This document shows, in pieces, positions 1 through 8,992 of a stretch of DNA of 28,031 nucleotides. The notes beneath the pieces were generated by a model. That model ran no database searches, was not told the origin of the DNA, and saw nothing but the letters and a program-made list of their open reading frames with translations. The stretch comes from a virus. Its lineage: Duplodnaviria; Caudoviricetes. Numbering within the stretch: the first letter of the stretch is position 1; each line of letters opens with the position of its first letter. Location: IMG/VR virus record IMGVR_UViG_3300035548_000535, positions 1-28,031 of that record, one strand, 5' to 3'. Both the position numbers and the translations under genes were made by a program.

Positions 1-336
1 AACCAAGGCCATCAAGGCTGGTAATAAAGAAGATGAGCGTCGGCATGTTACTGCTAACGTGATTAATAACAAAAGCAATAAATCTGTCCAGAAGGGATCA
101 AGCAAAACATATTCAAGAACAGGCAGGGAAAGCACCTCTGAAAGAAATAAAAGTACCGTCACTGATAGACGTAACAAAAAGACTGACAGCAAGGCCAAGG
201 ACATCAACCGCACGATAAAGACACCCGGAGACAAGCAAACAAATTCCATCAAACAACATACCGAGTTGTTTGAAAAAGAAATCGAGGGTACGGAAGAGAT
301 AACCAAGGCTATCAAGGCTGGTAATAAAGAAGATGA
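1..336 (+). repeat. In-frame intragenic direct repeat: 1-36 and 301-336
   Basis: aaccaaggc(c/t)atcaaggctggtaataaagaagatga, 35/36 identical, exactly 300 bp apart; encodes TKAIKAGNKED(E/D)RRH twice. Confidence 0.9.
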
Positions 337-1276
337 TAGGCGACACGGACAGTTGCTAAAAGCAATCGCAAAATCTTTTGCAGCCGGTGAAGGTGTTTTG
401 ACGAAGGGCGGCTCGGCCTTGGCAGGACTTGGCGCAACGGCCACTGGAGGACTTGGCCTTTCAGGGTTACTTTCTGCCGGGGCCGGAACAGCTTTGACCG
501 GGGGACTTGGCGCGGGTGCAATGGCATCATCTGTAGGCTTAGTCGGTGCAGCTGGTGCGGCCGGGTATGGTGCTGGGACTTTGATTAATAAAGGAATTGG
601 TAAATTGACCGGCGGAGGTGACGGCTGGGCGGGAAATTGGTTATTCGACAAAATACACGGTGGTGATGATAAAAAGCGCAAGAAAGCGGAGGCCAAGAAA
701 TATAGTACCAAATTTAAGGATCGGATGACACCCGAGGCATTCAAGATGGTTGGCGGTGAGAAATCTTTCGACGTGGGCAAGCTGAGCAGCTTGGTAAAAA
801 GCGGTGAAATCATAAGATCCACTGACGGCATGTTTCGCACCGAAACGGAAAGTCCAGATAGCCCGGAAGCTTTGAGTTCCAATAAGGATGTTCGTCCAGC
901 TTCTCCCAAAGACGCTGTGTCGGTGAAAGAGAAAGCTCCTGTTTTAAATGCTAAAATTGTTCCACAACCTTTAAGGGAAGATAAAAAACAAACAGTTCAA
1001 AGCACAGAGTCTTCGGGCAGGAACAGTCTCGCACCAGTAGGGAAAATCAACAAAACCCCAATGCAAAAAGTAAAGCCGATTTCACCGCAAAAAACAGCAC
1101 CTGTTCCTCAGAATGGCAGCAATGGACAAAGGAATATGGTTATGGAGCAAAGGCCAGTTATTACCGTCAAAAACCAGGGGAAAGAGGACAATCGGAGCAA
1201 GAGCAAATTGCCTTCAAACATCCAGACTGAATTTGACGATACCGTATTAATTTTAATGGCGCATGACAGGCTATAA
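2..1276 (+). CDS. C-terminal part of tail tape-measure-like protein (P1 Sit position); 5'-truncated by the window
   Basis: The frame of ORF 59..1276 is open from base 2 (TKAIKAGNKEDERRHVTANV...). Long Gly/Ala-rich hydrophobic stretch; lies directly upstream of the baseplate genes. Confidence 0.6.
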   Translation, partial: TKAIKAGNKEDERRHVTANVINNKSNKSVQKGSSKTYSRTGRESTSERNKSTVTDRRNKKTDSKAKDINRTIKTPGDKQTNSIKQHTELFEKEIEGTEEITKAIKAGNKEDDRRHGQLLKAIAKSFAAGEGVLTKGGSALAGLGATATGGLGLSGLLSAGAGTALTGGLGAGAMASSVGLVGAAGAAGYGAGTLINKGIGKLTGGGDGWAGNWLFDKIHGGDDKKRKKAEAKKYSTKFKDRMTPEAFKMVGGEKSFDVGKLSSLVKSGEIIRSTDGMFRTETESPDSPEALSSNKDVRPASPKDAVSVKEKAPVLNAKIVPQPLREDKKQTVQSTESSGRNSLAPVGKINKTPMQKVKPISPQKTAPVPQNGSNGQRNMVMEQRPVITVKNQGKEDNRSKSKLPSNIQTEFDDTVLILMAHDRL

Positions 1277-1278
1277 GC

Positions 1279-1632
1279 ATGAGTGAAATCAAAGAATACA
1301 ATTGGTTGATGGAATCTTCCCAGACCGAGGAAATAAAGACCTATGCAGATAGTGACGCCGCAGGGCAACAAATATCGGAATGGCTTGGAACGCCGGAAGG
1401 AAGCGTGGCGGATCTGCCAGCATGGGGGAATAATCTATCAGCATTCAAGCATGAGCCAAACGGCATAAATTTACAGGTGATGGCAGAGATAAGTATTTTC
1501 CAAAAGATACTTATTGACATCCCTGATATCAATTTAAAGCGTGTCGGTGTTGAATTCCCAGGGATTGATATAGCTAAAATCATCATTGAATTCGACAACA
1601 ATACATTCGAGAAGGCGGCGGTGGAGTTATGA
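1279..1632 (+). CDS. Baseplate gp25/gpW-like protein (P1 PmgA position)
   Basis: 117 aa; WLGTPEGSVADLPAWGN resembles the gp25-like TP.GS...P.(W/Y)G motif; overlaps next gene (ATGA). Confidence 0.65.
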   Translation: MSEIKEYNWLMESSQTEEIKTYADSDAAGQQISEWLGTPEGSVADLPAWGNNLSAFKHEPNGINLQVMAEISIFQKILIDIPDINLKRVGVEFPGIDIAKIIIEFDNNTFEKAAVEL

Positions 1633-3032
1633 TCAGTAAAGATGAAGCCATAGCAAAATTTAAAGAGATATTGGGAACCAAAGCGGCATGGGTGCAAATC
1701 GGGAAGTCTCAGTTTATTGAACATTTTGCGATCTTTCAGGGATGGGCATTGCGTAGTGCGTTGTGGGCTGTGGAGAGAGTATTACAGGAGTTTTTCCTTT
1801 CAACTGCCTTGAATAAATCCAGTATATTGGCACATGTTGAGGATCGGGAGTATCTTCCCAGGAAACCCACACCATCGTCCGGGACGGTAAGAATCTCAAA
1901 CAATGGTGGTGATTCAATTGCGCTCCCCGTATACCAGCAATTTTTGTCGGATCTGCAAATCAGTTATATCTGCACGGATGCGGTGGTGATTGCATCGGGA
2001 CAAAGCGTTGATATCGAGTTCGAACAGGTTGAGATACAGGAGATAGAGCATACCGTTACGGCGGAAGAGCCTTTTTATGAGGTGTTATTTGAAAAGAATT
2101 TAACCGCACGGATCAGTAGCTTCACTGTTTTTGTGGATATGGAAGACGGCTTTGAAGAGTGGGGGTACGCAAGACTCCTGAAAAACACCAACCCAGACTC
2201 GAAAGTTTATGATGAATTTTATTCCCACAACGACCAAATGGGCATTCGGTTTGGGAATGGCGACTTTGGCTTAATACCTCCCACTGGTTCGGTAGTGAAG
2301 GTTGAACTCCGACTCACATCGGGGGAAACCTTTTTAGCACAAAATCAAAAATTATCCGTGGTGGATGAAGTTTTGGATTATGCCCGTCAGCCTGCCGACA
2401 TAACAGCCACAACCCTGGAAGCGATTACGGGAGGCCAACCCCAGGAAACCGGTGAAGAATTAAGGAAAAATCTTAATTACTGGCATCTCTACAATGAGGA
2501 TCTTATCTGGCAAAGCGATTACATCTATTTCATCAAAAAGAAAAATCCGAACATCATATGGGCAAAAGTTTGGGGCGAAGAGGAAGCCGAAGCGGCATAC
2601 GGCCCCAGCTATGACTTTATTAATAAAATTTTTATTACGGCATATGCCGAAGATCAACCGGAAATAGGGGATGATATCCTTTCGGATTTAAGCGCAATCC
2701 CTTTGCTGAACCGGGAGTTCGAATGGGTTGAACCGGTTTTCTCAACATTCTCATTGGCCATAACCGGCCAGGTCCATAGAAGGTTGTCCGTGGATACGGT
2801 TATTCAAAGTATCAAAGACGCCTTTGAAAAGAATTATGGCAAAGATTCTGTGGACAGGCTGGACAAAGTGTTTGTCAAGGATTTCTATAAACTCATTACA
2901 GAGACAGGCCATTTTACTGATGATGGGGCAAATTTTGAAATTTCATATTCCGGGACTGTCGAAGCAACCGCCTTAAATGAAATGGTATCCATCGACATGG
3001 ATAGCACCACTATTTCGATAGGATATCTATGA
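1629..3032 (+). CDS. bplA: Baseplate wedge protein (P1 BplA / baseplate J / T4 gp6-like)
   Basis: 467 aa; EFFLSTA, GIRFGNGDFGLIPP, ITGGQPQETGEELR and AKVWGEEE motifs typical of gp6/J-like wedge proteins. Confidence 0.8.
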   Translation: MISKDEAIAKFKEILGTKAAWVQIGKSQFIEHFAIFQGWALRSALWAVERVLQEFFLSTALNKSSILAHVEDREYLPRKPTPSSGTVRISNNGGDSIALPVYQQFLSDLQISYICTDAVVIASGQSVDIEFEQVEIQEIEHTVTAEEPFYEVLFEKNLTARISSFTVFVDMEDGFEEWGYARLLKNTNPDSKVYDEFYSHNDQMGIRFGNGDFGLIPPTGSVVKVELRLTSGETFLAQNQKLSVVDEVLDYARQPADITATTLEAITGGQPQETGEELRKNLNYWHLYNEDLIWQSDYIYFIKKKNPNIIWAKVWGEEEAEAAYGPSYDFINKIFITAYAEDQPEIGDDILSDLSAIPLLNREFEWVEPVFSTFSLAITGQVHRRLSVDTVIQSIKDAFEKNYGKDSVDRLDKVFVKDFYKLITETGHFTDDGANFEISYSGTVEATALNEMVSIDMDSTTISIGYL

Positions 3033-4537
3033 TTGACTGGCTTAAAAAAAGACTTTCCCCTGTAAAAATAAAGACGGATCGGTGGGCACAACTTGCCGAA
3101 GCGATACAGGAGTTTTGGGAAGATTCTTTCGATCCTGAATTGGAAAAGGTTGCCAACCTGCGATCCATATACACTGCGGGTGAAGACGGTCAAAAAAGGA
3201 TTGTTTCGGAGTTGGGTAGATATTATGAATACGACCTTCCCGATAAGAATATTCCTATATCCGTAGCTCTCAGGAAGCTTGAACTTCTTCAGAAAGATAC
3301 CAAGGTTCCTCTGGTGGCTTCACTGAAACGGCTCGGGATAGATTCAGAATGGATGCCGATGTATGCCCGGAGGGGTGAAGCTTATGGTACCGCTTTTTAT
3401 ATGGACCATGAGATAGGCCCTGCCTGGACCACCAACACCATTCTGCATCTGGATGGCTCCTGGCATGTTTCAGAATCGTCTCCGGAAAAACTCTTGGACG
3501 GTGTTCTTTTAACGTCCAGAGGTAAATTATTGATTAATTTAGCATCATTATCAAACACCTCTTTGATAGACACGGCAAGAGACAGGGTTCGAAAAATAAA
3601 ACCCCTCCATATTGTTTTTGACGGTTTTTATTATCAGTTGTGGTTCGATCTCGATGTTTATACTCGGATAGACGCTTCTTTATATCTTACCAAGACCATT
3701 GAACAGCAGTACCCGTGGTGCAATTCTCGCCTGGATGGTTCCTGGCAGATAGGGTTTGATGATCAGCCTTTTACATTAGATGGGGTCCACTCGATTGATG
3801 GTTCCTGGAAACTGGGGGCAATATATCCCGGACATGCCGAGAATGCCATCAAGCAGTGCAATATCATTTCCAGTGCGGCACTTTTAAAGACCATTGATCG
3901 TCCGGCTGAGTATATCAACTCCCGGTTGGGGGAAAGCATGCTCCGGCTGGATGGCGGGTGGAATGTAGGGGATAATCGTATTCTCGCCTTATCCGAGACA
4001 AGTGTAAAGAAAGAAATAGAATTCCTTGTGCGGCCGGATTTATCGGCCTGCCACGTTTCTAAGTTCGAAATCAGTTATCCGGCCAGCCCTGTCATGATAG
4101 GGACACAGCACAAACTTTTCCCTGGAAAACCTCTGGATGCATCGTGGAGGCTGGGCGCTGCATTATCCCCACGGAAACTGGACGGGGCGTGGGCGGTTAA
4201 ACGGGAACCCGGCATCCGTGTTGATTCTTCGGTGAATGTAAAAAAAGAATTTTCTTGTGGCATTTTCCCGGGGCTTGGCAGGGCCATGTCAAAAATCGGA
4301 GAGAGTTGGTCTCGGCGCATTGACGGGAACTGGAAAGTTGGAGCGCACAACGATCTTGATGGAACATGGCAATTGGATGGGAACCGTTACCTTACAGCTC
4401 CTGCTCTGGGTCGCTTTTATCGTAAGCTGAACGGGTCATGGGGGCTTGGGTATACTAAAAAGTTGGATAGTTCGTGGAAAGTGGGGGCTTCCGGCCCTGA
4501 ATGTGAAATGGAATTAATAATCAGAAAAGCAGCATAG
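3029..4537 (+). CDS. Baseplate/tail protein (P1 gp16 position) with C-terminal LDGxW repeats
   Basis: 502 aa; RKIKPLHIVFDG motif; about 10 copies of [LI][DN][GAS]xW; synteny. Confidence 0.65.
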   Translation: MIDWLKKRLSPVKIKTDRWAQLAEAIQEFWEDSFDPELEKVANLRSIYTAGEDGQKRIVSELGRYYEYDLPDKNIPISVALRKLELLQKDTKVPLVASLKRLGIDSEWMPMYARRGEAYGTAFYMDHEIGPAWTTNTILHLDGSWHVSESSPEKLLDGVLLTSRGKLLINLASLSNTSLIDTARDRVRKIKPLHIVFDGFYYQLWFDLDVYTRIDASLYLTKTIEQQYPWCNSRLDGSWQIGFDDQPFTLDGVHSIDGSWKLGAIYPGHAENAIKQCNIISSAALLKTIDRPAEYINSRLGESMLRLDGGWNVGDNRILALSETSVKKEIEFLVRPDLSACHVSKFEISYPASPVMIGTQHKLFPGKPLDASWRLGAALSPRKLDGAWAVKREPGIRVDSSVNVKKEFSCGIFPGLGRAMSKIGESWSRRIDGNWKVGAHNDLDGTWQLDGNRYLTAPALGRFYRKLNGSWGLGYTKKLDSSWKVGASGPECEMELIIRKAA

Positions 4538-4546
4538 GAGAAAGAA

Positions 4547-4927
4547 ATGGCAGGAGCTACCACCACATTGGATTATAGAAAACGCCTCGCCACGCAAATG
4601 TCGGGCGGTGCGGTCGTAAAGCCTCCGGCAATGATAGCCTTTGGCGACGGTGGCCATAACCCGGACAATACCGCTAAAACACCGAGCGATAGCCAAACCG
4701 AGCTGGTTAATGAGCGATTGCGTAAAAACTTATCTCAATTAATCAAGGAAGATGATTATTCGATAACCGGCAGTGGGATTGCCGAGAAAGCCGATTTAAA
4801 CGGCGTAAGTATTTCCGAAGCAGGGTTGCTTGACGAGGATGGCAAGTTGCTCGGCTTCAAGAATTTTGCACCAAAAATAAAAGAATCTGATGAAGAATAT
4901 GAAATCAAAGTAAAGCTTAAATTTTAA
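4547..4927 (+). CDS. Tail-fibre attachment/collar protein (P1 gpR-like, DUF3751-type)
   Basis: 126 aa; IAFGDGG and ISEAGLLDEDGKLL..KNFAPKIK motifs; AGGAG RBS. Confidence 0.7.
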   Translation: MAGATTTLDYRKRLATQMSGGAVVKPPAMIAFGDGGHNPDNTAKTPSDSQTELVNERLRKNLSQLIKEDDYSITGSGIAEKADLNGVSISEAGLLDEDGKLLGFKNFAPKIKESDEEYEIKVKLKF

Positions 4928-4939
4928 AGGAGAAGCGGA

Positions 4940-5860
4940 ATGACACTGCCGAACACCTCGATCACTCCAATACCTGACAATGAGCCGGATGCAGTTCCGA
5001 GCCTTTGGAACGAGCGGTATGATGAGATCGATGAAAACTTTGAAAACCTGGACGAAAGGCTATCCGGCAAGGAGTCGGAAATCGTATCCGCCAGAGGGAG
5101 TAAAGACACCCTTGACGAGCGCCTGGATGAAATCGAAGAGAACGTAGAAGGCCTTGATCCGGACATGCAGAACACGCTAATGGCGACCGTGATGGCGGCT
5201 GTTGATGCCGCCGGGCTTGCCAACCGGGAGCTGGACCGACTCAAGAACGTGTTGATCCAGGAGGGCGAAGTGACGATCTTGAACCGGGGCATTATCAGTG
5301 GTTGCTCGATTTCAAAATCAGACAACGCGACCCGCAACCTGAACCTTGCCGCCGGAAAACCGTTCGTGCACGGTCGGACATACTCCGCTAACGAGTTGCT
5401 GAACACGGCTGCGGTTCCGGCCAACAACACTGCAGCGGCTGCAATCTGTTACGCATATCTATTTACGGATGAAAACGGTGATATTCAGTGCGATTGCACA
5501 AGCCTGGGTGAAGCGGTTCCGGAAAACGGCATTGAAATTTACAGCATGAGCGTCCCTGCCGGCAACAATGAAACCACAGACCCGTATCTTGCGAACGTCA
5601 CCCTGACGGACACTCGTCGCCTGGAACCGAACTGGCCAGGCATGTTTGAGAATCCGGCGTTTGTATATGTTCCTTTGGCAAACATCTTGCCCGATAGCGA
5701 TTACACTGTGGATACGGAGGTTATTTCTCTGGAGGGCGGACGGCAGCAAGCCGGGGAACTGCTGGTTGAAGATCGGTTGAAAAATGGGTTTAAATTTTAT
5801 TTAGCGGGCGCAGCGGATACTGTGGTTGTTCGCTATGCCGCAACTCGCTTAAAAGCATAA
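4940..5860 (+). CDS. Putative tail fibre/stalk protein with N-terminal coiled coil
   Basis: 306 aa; AAGGAG RBS; acidic coiled-coil N-terminus; lies between the collar gene and the DGR target. Confidence 0.5.
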   Translation: MTLPNTSITPIPDNEPDAVPSLWNERYDEIDENFENLDERLSGKESEIVSARGSKDTLDERLDEIEENVEGLDPDMQNTLMATVMAAVDAAGLANRELDRLKNVLIQEGEVTILNRGIISGCSISKSDNATRNLNLAAGKPFVHGRTYSANELLNTAAVPANNTAAAAICYAYLFTDENGDIQCDCTSLGEAVPENGIEIYSMSVPAGNNETTDPYLANVTLTDTRRLEPNWPGMFENPAFVYVPLANILPDSDYTVDTEVISLEGGRQQAGELLVEDRLKNGFKFYLAGAADTVVVRYAATRLKA

Positions 5861-5874
5861 AAGGAAAATGAGAT

Positions 5875-6252
5875 ATGAAACTTAATTATTTCGGACCGGG
5901 GCCGTATCTGGAGTTTTTTAAAAACGGAACAGTGCTGTCTCGTGGCGATGATGTGCTTGACTGTGCAGCACGGCAAGGGGACTCCCAGGCCATCATTGAT
6001 GTCTGCATGAACCCTGCCGGTGGGCTGAAGTTTGGTGCGGATGGCGACGCAGAAGCATATGTTGCCAATGTTATCATTCCTGCCAGGCAATACAAGACAC
6101 AAACAGTGGTTGATGGCGCTGGTAGCCCCGTCTTGAACGAGGACGGATCGGAACAACTTGAACAGGTTGTTCTTCCCCTGGATATGGGGCAGGTAGTCGG
6201 CAATTTATGGACAATACCGGAACAAAAAAATGAAAATGAAGAGGAAATATAG
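5875..6252 (+). CDS. Hypothetical tail-associated protein
   Basis: 125 aa; AAGGA upstream; abuts the Mtd-like gene. Confidence 0.55.
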   Translation: MKLNYFGPGPYLEFFKNGTVLSRGDDVLDCAARQGDSQAIIDVCMNPAGGLKFGADGDAEAYVANVIIPARQYKTQTVVDGAGSPVLNEDGSEQLEQVVLPLDMGQVVGNLWTIPEQKNENEEEI

Positions 6253-7269
6253 ATGATAATTTTTGCAAAAGATTCTCTCAGGGCATCCGTGGAAGCCGCA
6301 ACAGGCGGAAAGGTAACAGTGCTTTATGATGATAAGGGTTACCCGTCCTACATGACCGTGATCCCTAAATTCAACGTCGAAGATATTGACGAGGGTTTGG
6401 GTACCGGGGTTCATCCGGCATTCCTGAAAGGCGGGGTGGAAAAGTCTGAAATTTTTATCGGACAATACCCTGCCATTGTCAAGGATGGCCGCGCATTGTC
6501 TTTGCCCGGAGTTGATCCGACGGCCAGTGTTAATTTTGACACCGCAAAGGGGTATTGCACGGCAAAAGGGCCGGGGTGGCACCTTCTTTCAAACTGGGAA
6601 TGGGCGGCAGTTGCTTTGTGGTGCATTAAAAACGGGTTTCAGCCCAGGGGCAATACATATTACGGCAGGCATCATGACCAGGTGCATGAGCAGGGCCGCA
6701 GACAGGACGGCGTTGCGCCCGGTACGGCATCCGGTACAGCTAGGACTTTGACCGGTTCCGGTCCGGTTTCATGGCGGCATGACAACTCCCTTGCCGGTAT
6801 ATCCGATATAGTGGGCAATGTTTATAAATGGATTGACGGCATGAAGATCGTTGATGGGAAGTTTTTCATGTCGAATGATAACGATTTTGATGCGGCTGAA
6901 GGCGACTGGGTTGATCAGGGGGTTATCATTGCGGACGTTGAGGGCACAACCAAACTCGGGACACCATCCGATACTCTTGAAGCAACCGGACCAACAACTT
7001 TCGGTGCATGGAAAGGCTTGACAACCACTACCAATTTCGACGCCCTTGCAGCGGCAACAAAACAGCGGATGCAGCAAGCTCTGATTGATCCTTACAATAC
7101 AGACGATCCGGTCGGAACATTTTATTTTGATACGGATGGAGAAAGAGTCCCGATCCGTGGCGGCCATTGGCTCATCACGTCCCATGCCGGGCTGGGCGGC
7201 TTGAGCTTGAACATCGCTCGGTCGAACTCGGGCCCGGGCATCGGCTTTTTCCCCGCTTTCGTTGCCTGA
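6253..7269 (+). CDS. mtd: DGR target protein, Mtd-like receptor-binding protein (CLec/FGE-sulfatase fold)
   Basis: HPAF, GWHLLSNWEWAAVALW, GN, DIVGNVYKW and PIRGG motifs; C-terminal VR. Confidence 0.88.
   Translation: MIIFAKDSLRASVEAATGGKVTVLYDDKGYPSYMTVIPKFNVEDIDEGLGTGVHPAFLKGGVEKSEIFIGQYPAIVKDGRALSLPGVDPTASVNFDTAKGYCTAKGPGWHLLSNWEWAAVALWCIKNGFQPRGNTYYGRHHDQVHEQGRRQDGVAPGTASGTARTLTGSGPVSWRHDNSLAGISDIVGNVYKWIDGMKIVDGKFFMSNDNDFDAAEGDWVDQGVIIADVEGTTKLGTPSDTLEATGPTTFGAWKGLTTTTNFDALAAATKQRMQQALIDPYNTDDPVGTFYFDTDGERVPIRGGHWLITSHAGLGGLSLNIARSNSGPGIGFFPAFVA
7146..7257 (+). repeat. DGR variable repeat (VR)
   Basis: 112-bp ungapped match to 7676-7787 with 14 mismatches, each opposite a TR adenine. 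Confidence 0.97.
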
Positions 7270-7316
7270 TAATCTGACATCTGAGACCCTGAATATCTGA
7301 AAAGGATTTATATACA

Positions 7317-7661
7317 ATGGCAGAACACGGTACGCTTAAGATACAACAAAAATGGGAAGACATGATCAGCTACGCATATGTTGCTCTCCGCCATATCCCT
7401 AAAAGCGAGCGCTTCACACTTGGAGCGGAGATCCGTACTGCATTGTGGTCAGGTCTCAGATTGATCATCAAGGCAAATGCAAGCAGGCGTAAGCTGCCCA
7501 TGCTTTACGATCTGGATGTGGAAATAAAAACTCTGCTCGCCCTTGTGCGGGTGGCGTACAACATGAAAATCATGCCGTCCAAAAAATACCAGCGCCTTTC
7601 CAGCCTTCTCGTAGAGCTGGGAAGAATGCTGGGCGGATGGATAAAATATTCCAGGACATAG
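7317..7661 (+). CDS. avd: DGR accessory variability determinant Avd
   Basis: 114 aa basic helical protein; PKSERFTLGAEIR and ELGRMLGGW motifs; lies between VR and TR. Confidence 0.93.
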   Translation: MAEHGTLKIQQKWEDMISYAYVALRHIPKSERFTLGAEIRTALWSGLRLIIKANASRRKLPMLYDLDVEIKTLLALVRVAYNMKIMPSKKYQRLSSLLVELGRMLGGWIKYSRT

Positions 7662-7675
7662 GGGTGAAGTCTCGC

Positions 7676-7787
7676 AGTCCCGATCCGTGGCGGCAATTGG
7701 AACAACACGTCCAATGCCGGGCTGGGCAACTTGAACTTGAACAACGCTCGGTCGAACTCGAACACGAACATCGGCTTTTTCCCCGCT
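7676..7787 (+). ncRNA. DGR template repeat (TR)
   Basis: AAC/AAT-rich copy of VR (11 AAY codons in the VR frame: VPIRGGNWNNTSNAGLGNLNLNNARSNSNTNIGFFPA) between avd and RT. Confidence 0.97.
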
Positions 7788-7939
7788 CTCATCCAACGTC
7801 AGATATCATTCGGTCAAGGCCGGGTGATCAGAACCTGGATAAAAGGGGACTCCACTCCTTCTCGAAAGGGAAAACATATACTTATCCCGGCGGTGAGTAG
7901 CATCATGCCAAAGTGGCCGGGATTTTAAACAAGGAAATT

Positions 7940-8968
7940 ATGCCAAAGACGTATAATAAATTGTGGGACAAGGTTATTGACTGGGAAAATCTCCATCAAG
8001 CATACCTGGGCGCAAGCAAGGGCAAACGATTTCAAAAAGATGTTCTTGAATTCAACTCAAATCTGGAAGAAAACCTGATTAATATCCAGAACCATCTCAT
8101 ATGGAAATCATGGACCCCGGGTCAGTTCAGAAGTTTTATGGTTTACGAACCCAAACAGCGGTACATACAGGCTCCGCCATTCAAGGACAGGATTGTACAT
8201 CATGCCCTGGTACAGGTGATTGAGCCCTTGCTTGAAAGGAAGTTTATCCACCATTCTTATGCTTGTCGGGCAGGAAAAGGTAATCACGCTGCGGTTCTGC
8301 AACTCCAGGATTATCTGAGAGAGGCCGGCGGCAAGTGGGAGAAAATCTATGTGCTTAAAGCAGATATCAGCAAATATTTCCCATCTATCAAGCATGATAT
8401 TTTGTTACAGATTTTGAAAAGAACAATCAGGGATAAAGACGTTTTGTGGTTGTGTGAATCTATAATCCGGCATTGTGGTGAAGACGGCCAGGGAATACCT
8501 GTCGGAGCTTTGACTTCTCAGTTGTTTGCAAATGTTTATTTGGATCAGCTGGATCATTTCCTAAAGGATGAGCATGGAGTTAAGTCCTATGTTCGCTATA
8601 TGGATGACTGGATTGTTCTGGCTCCTGAAAAAGCAGATCTTTGGGGTATTCTGAAGAAGGCTACCGGCTTCTTGAATTTCAGCCTTGAATTAAAGCTGAA
8701 TCCGAAAACCAGCATATTCCCCGTAAGTCATGGGTGTGATTTTTGCGGATATAGAATCTGGCCTACACACCTCTTGCCCAGAAAGCGAAATGTGAAAAGA
8801 GCTAAGTTGAAATTCAAAAAACTGGCTGGACTCTATTTTCAGGGACAGGTCACTTTGGAAGATATCACACCGTTTGTAATGTCATTTCTTGGGTACATGA
8901 AACATTGCAGCTCTTTTAAAACCGTATCGAGCGTGTTGGGTGGCTTTGTTTTGCAAAAAATCGGATAG
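7940..8968 (+). CDS. DGR reverse transcriptase
   Basis: DRIVHHAL, KADISKYFPSI, GIPVGALTSQLFANVYL (DGR-type SQ), YVRYMDD and DFCGY motifs; ATG 7940 chosen from the AAGGA RBS. Confidence 0.96.
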   Translation: MPKTYNKLWDKVIDWENLHQAYLGASKGKRFQKDVLEFNSNLEENLINIQNHLIWKSWTPGQFRSFMVYEPKQRYIQAPPFKDRIVHHALVQVIEPLLERKFIHHSYACRAGKGNHAAVLQLQDYLREAGGKWEKIYVLKADISKYFPSIKHDILLQILKRTIRDKDVLWLCESIIRHCGEDGQGIPVGALTSQLFANVYLDQLDHFLKDEHGVKSYVRYMDDWIVLAPEKADLWGILKKATGFLNFSLELKLNPKTSIFPVSHGCDFCGYRIWPTHLLPRKRNVKRAKLKFKKLAGLYFQGQVTLEDITPFVMSFLGYMKHCSSFKTVSSVLGGFVLQKIG

Positions 8969-8992
8969 GACAAAATGTAAAAGGAAAATTTT

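Larger units (their letters stand above)
6253..8968 (+). mobile_element. Diversity-generating retroelement (target-avd-TR-RT)
   Basis: All four components are present in BPP-1-like order, with adenine-specific TR/VR mismatches. Confidence 0.97.

Noticed and set aside
7637-7928. ORFs 7637..7900 and 7731..7928 over the TR
   Set aside because: They are translations of the non-coding template repeat and spacer; openness follows from similarity to VR.
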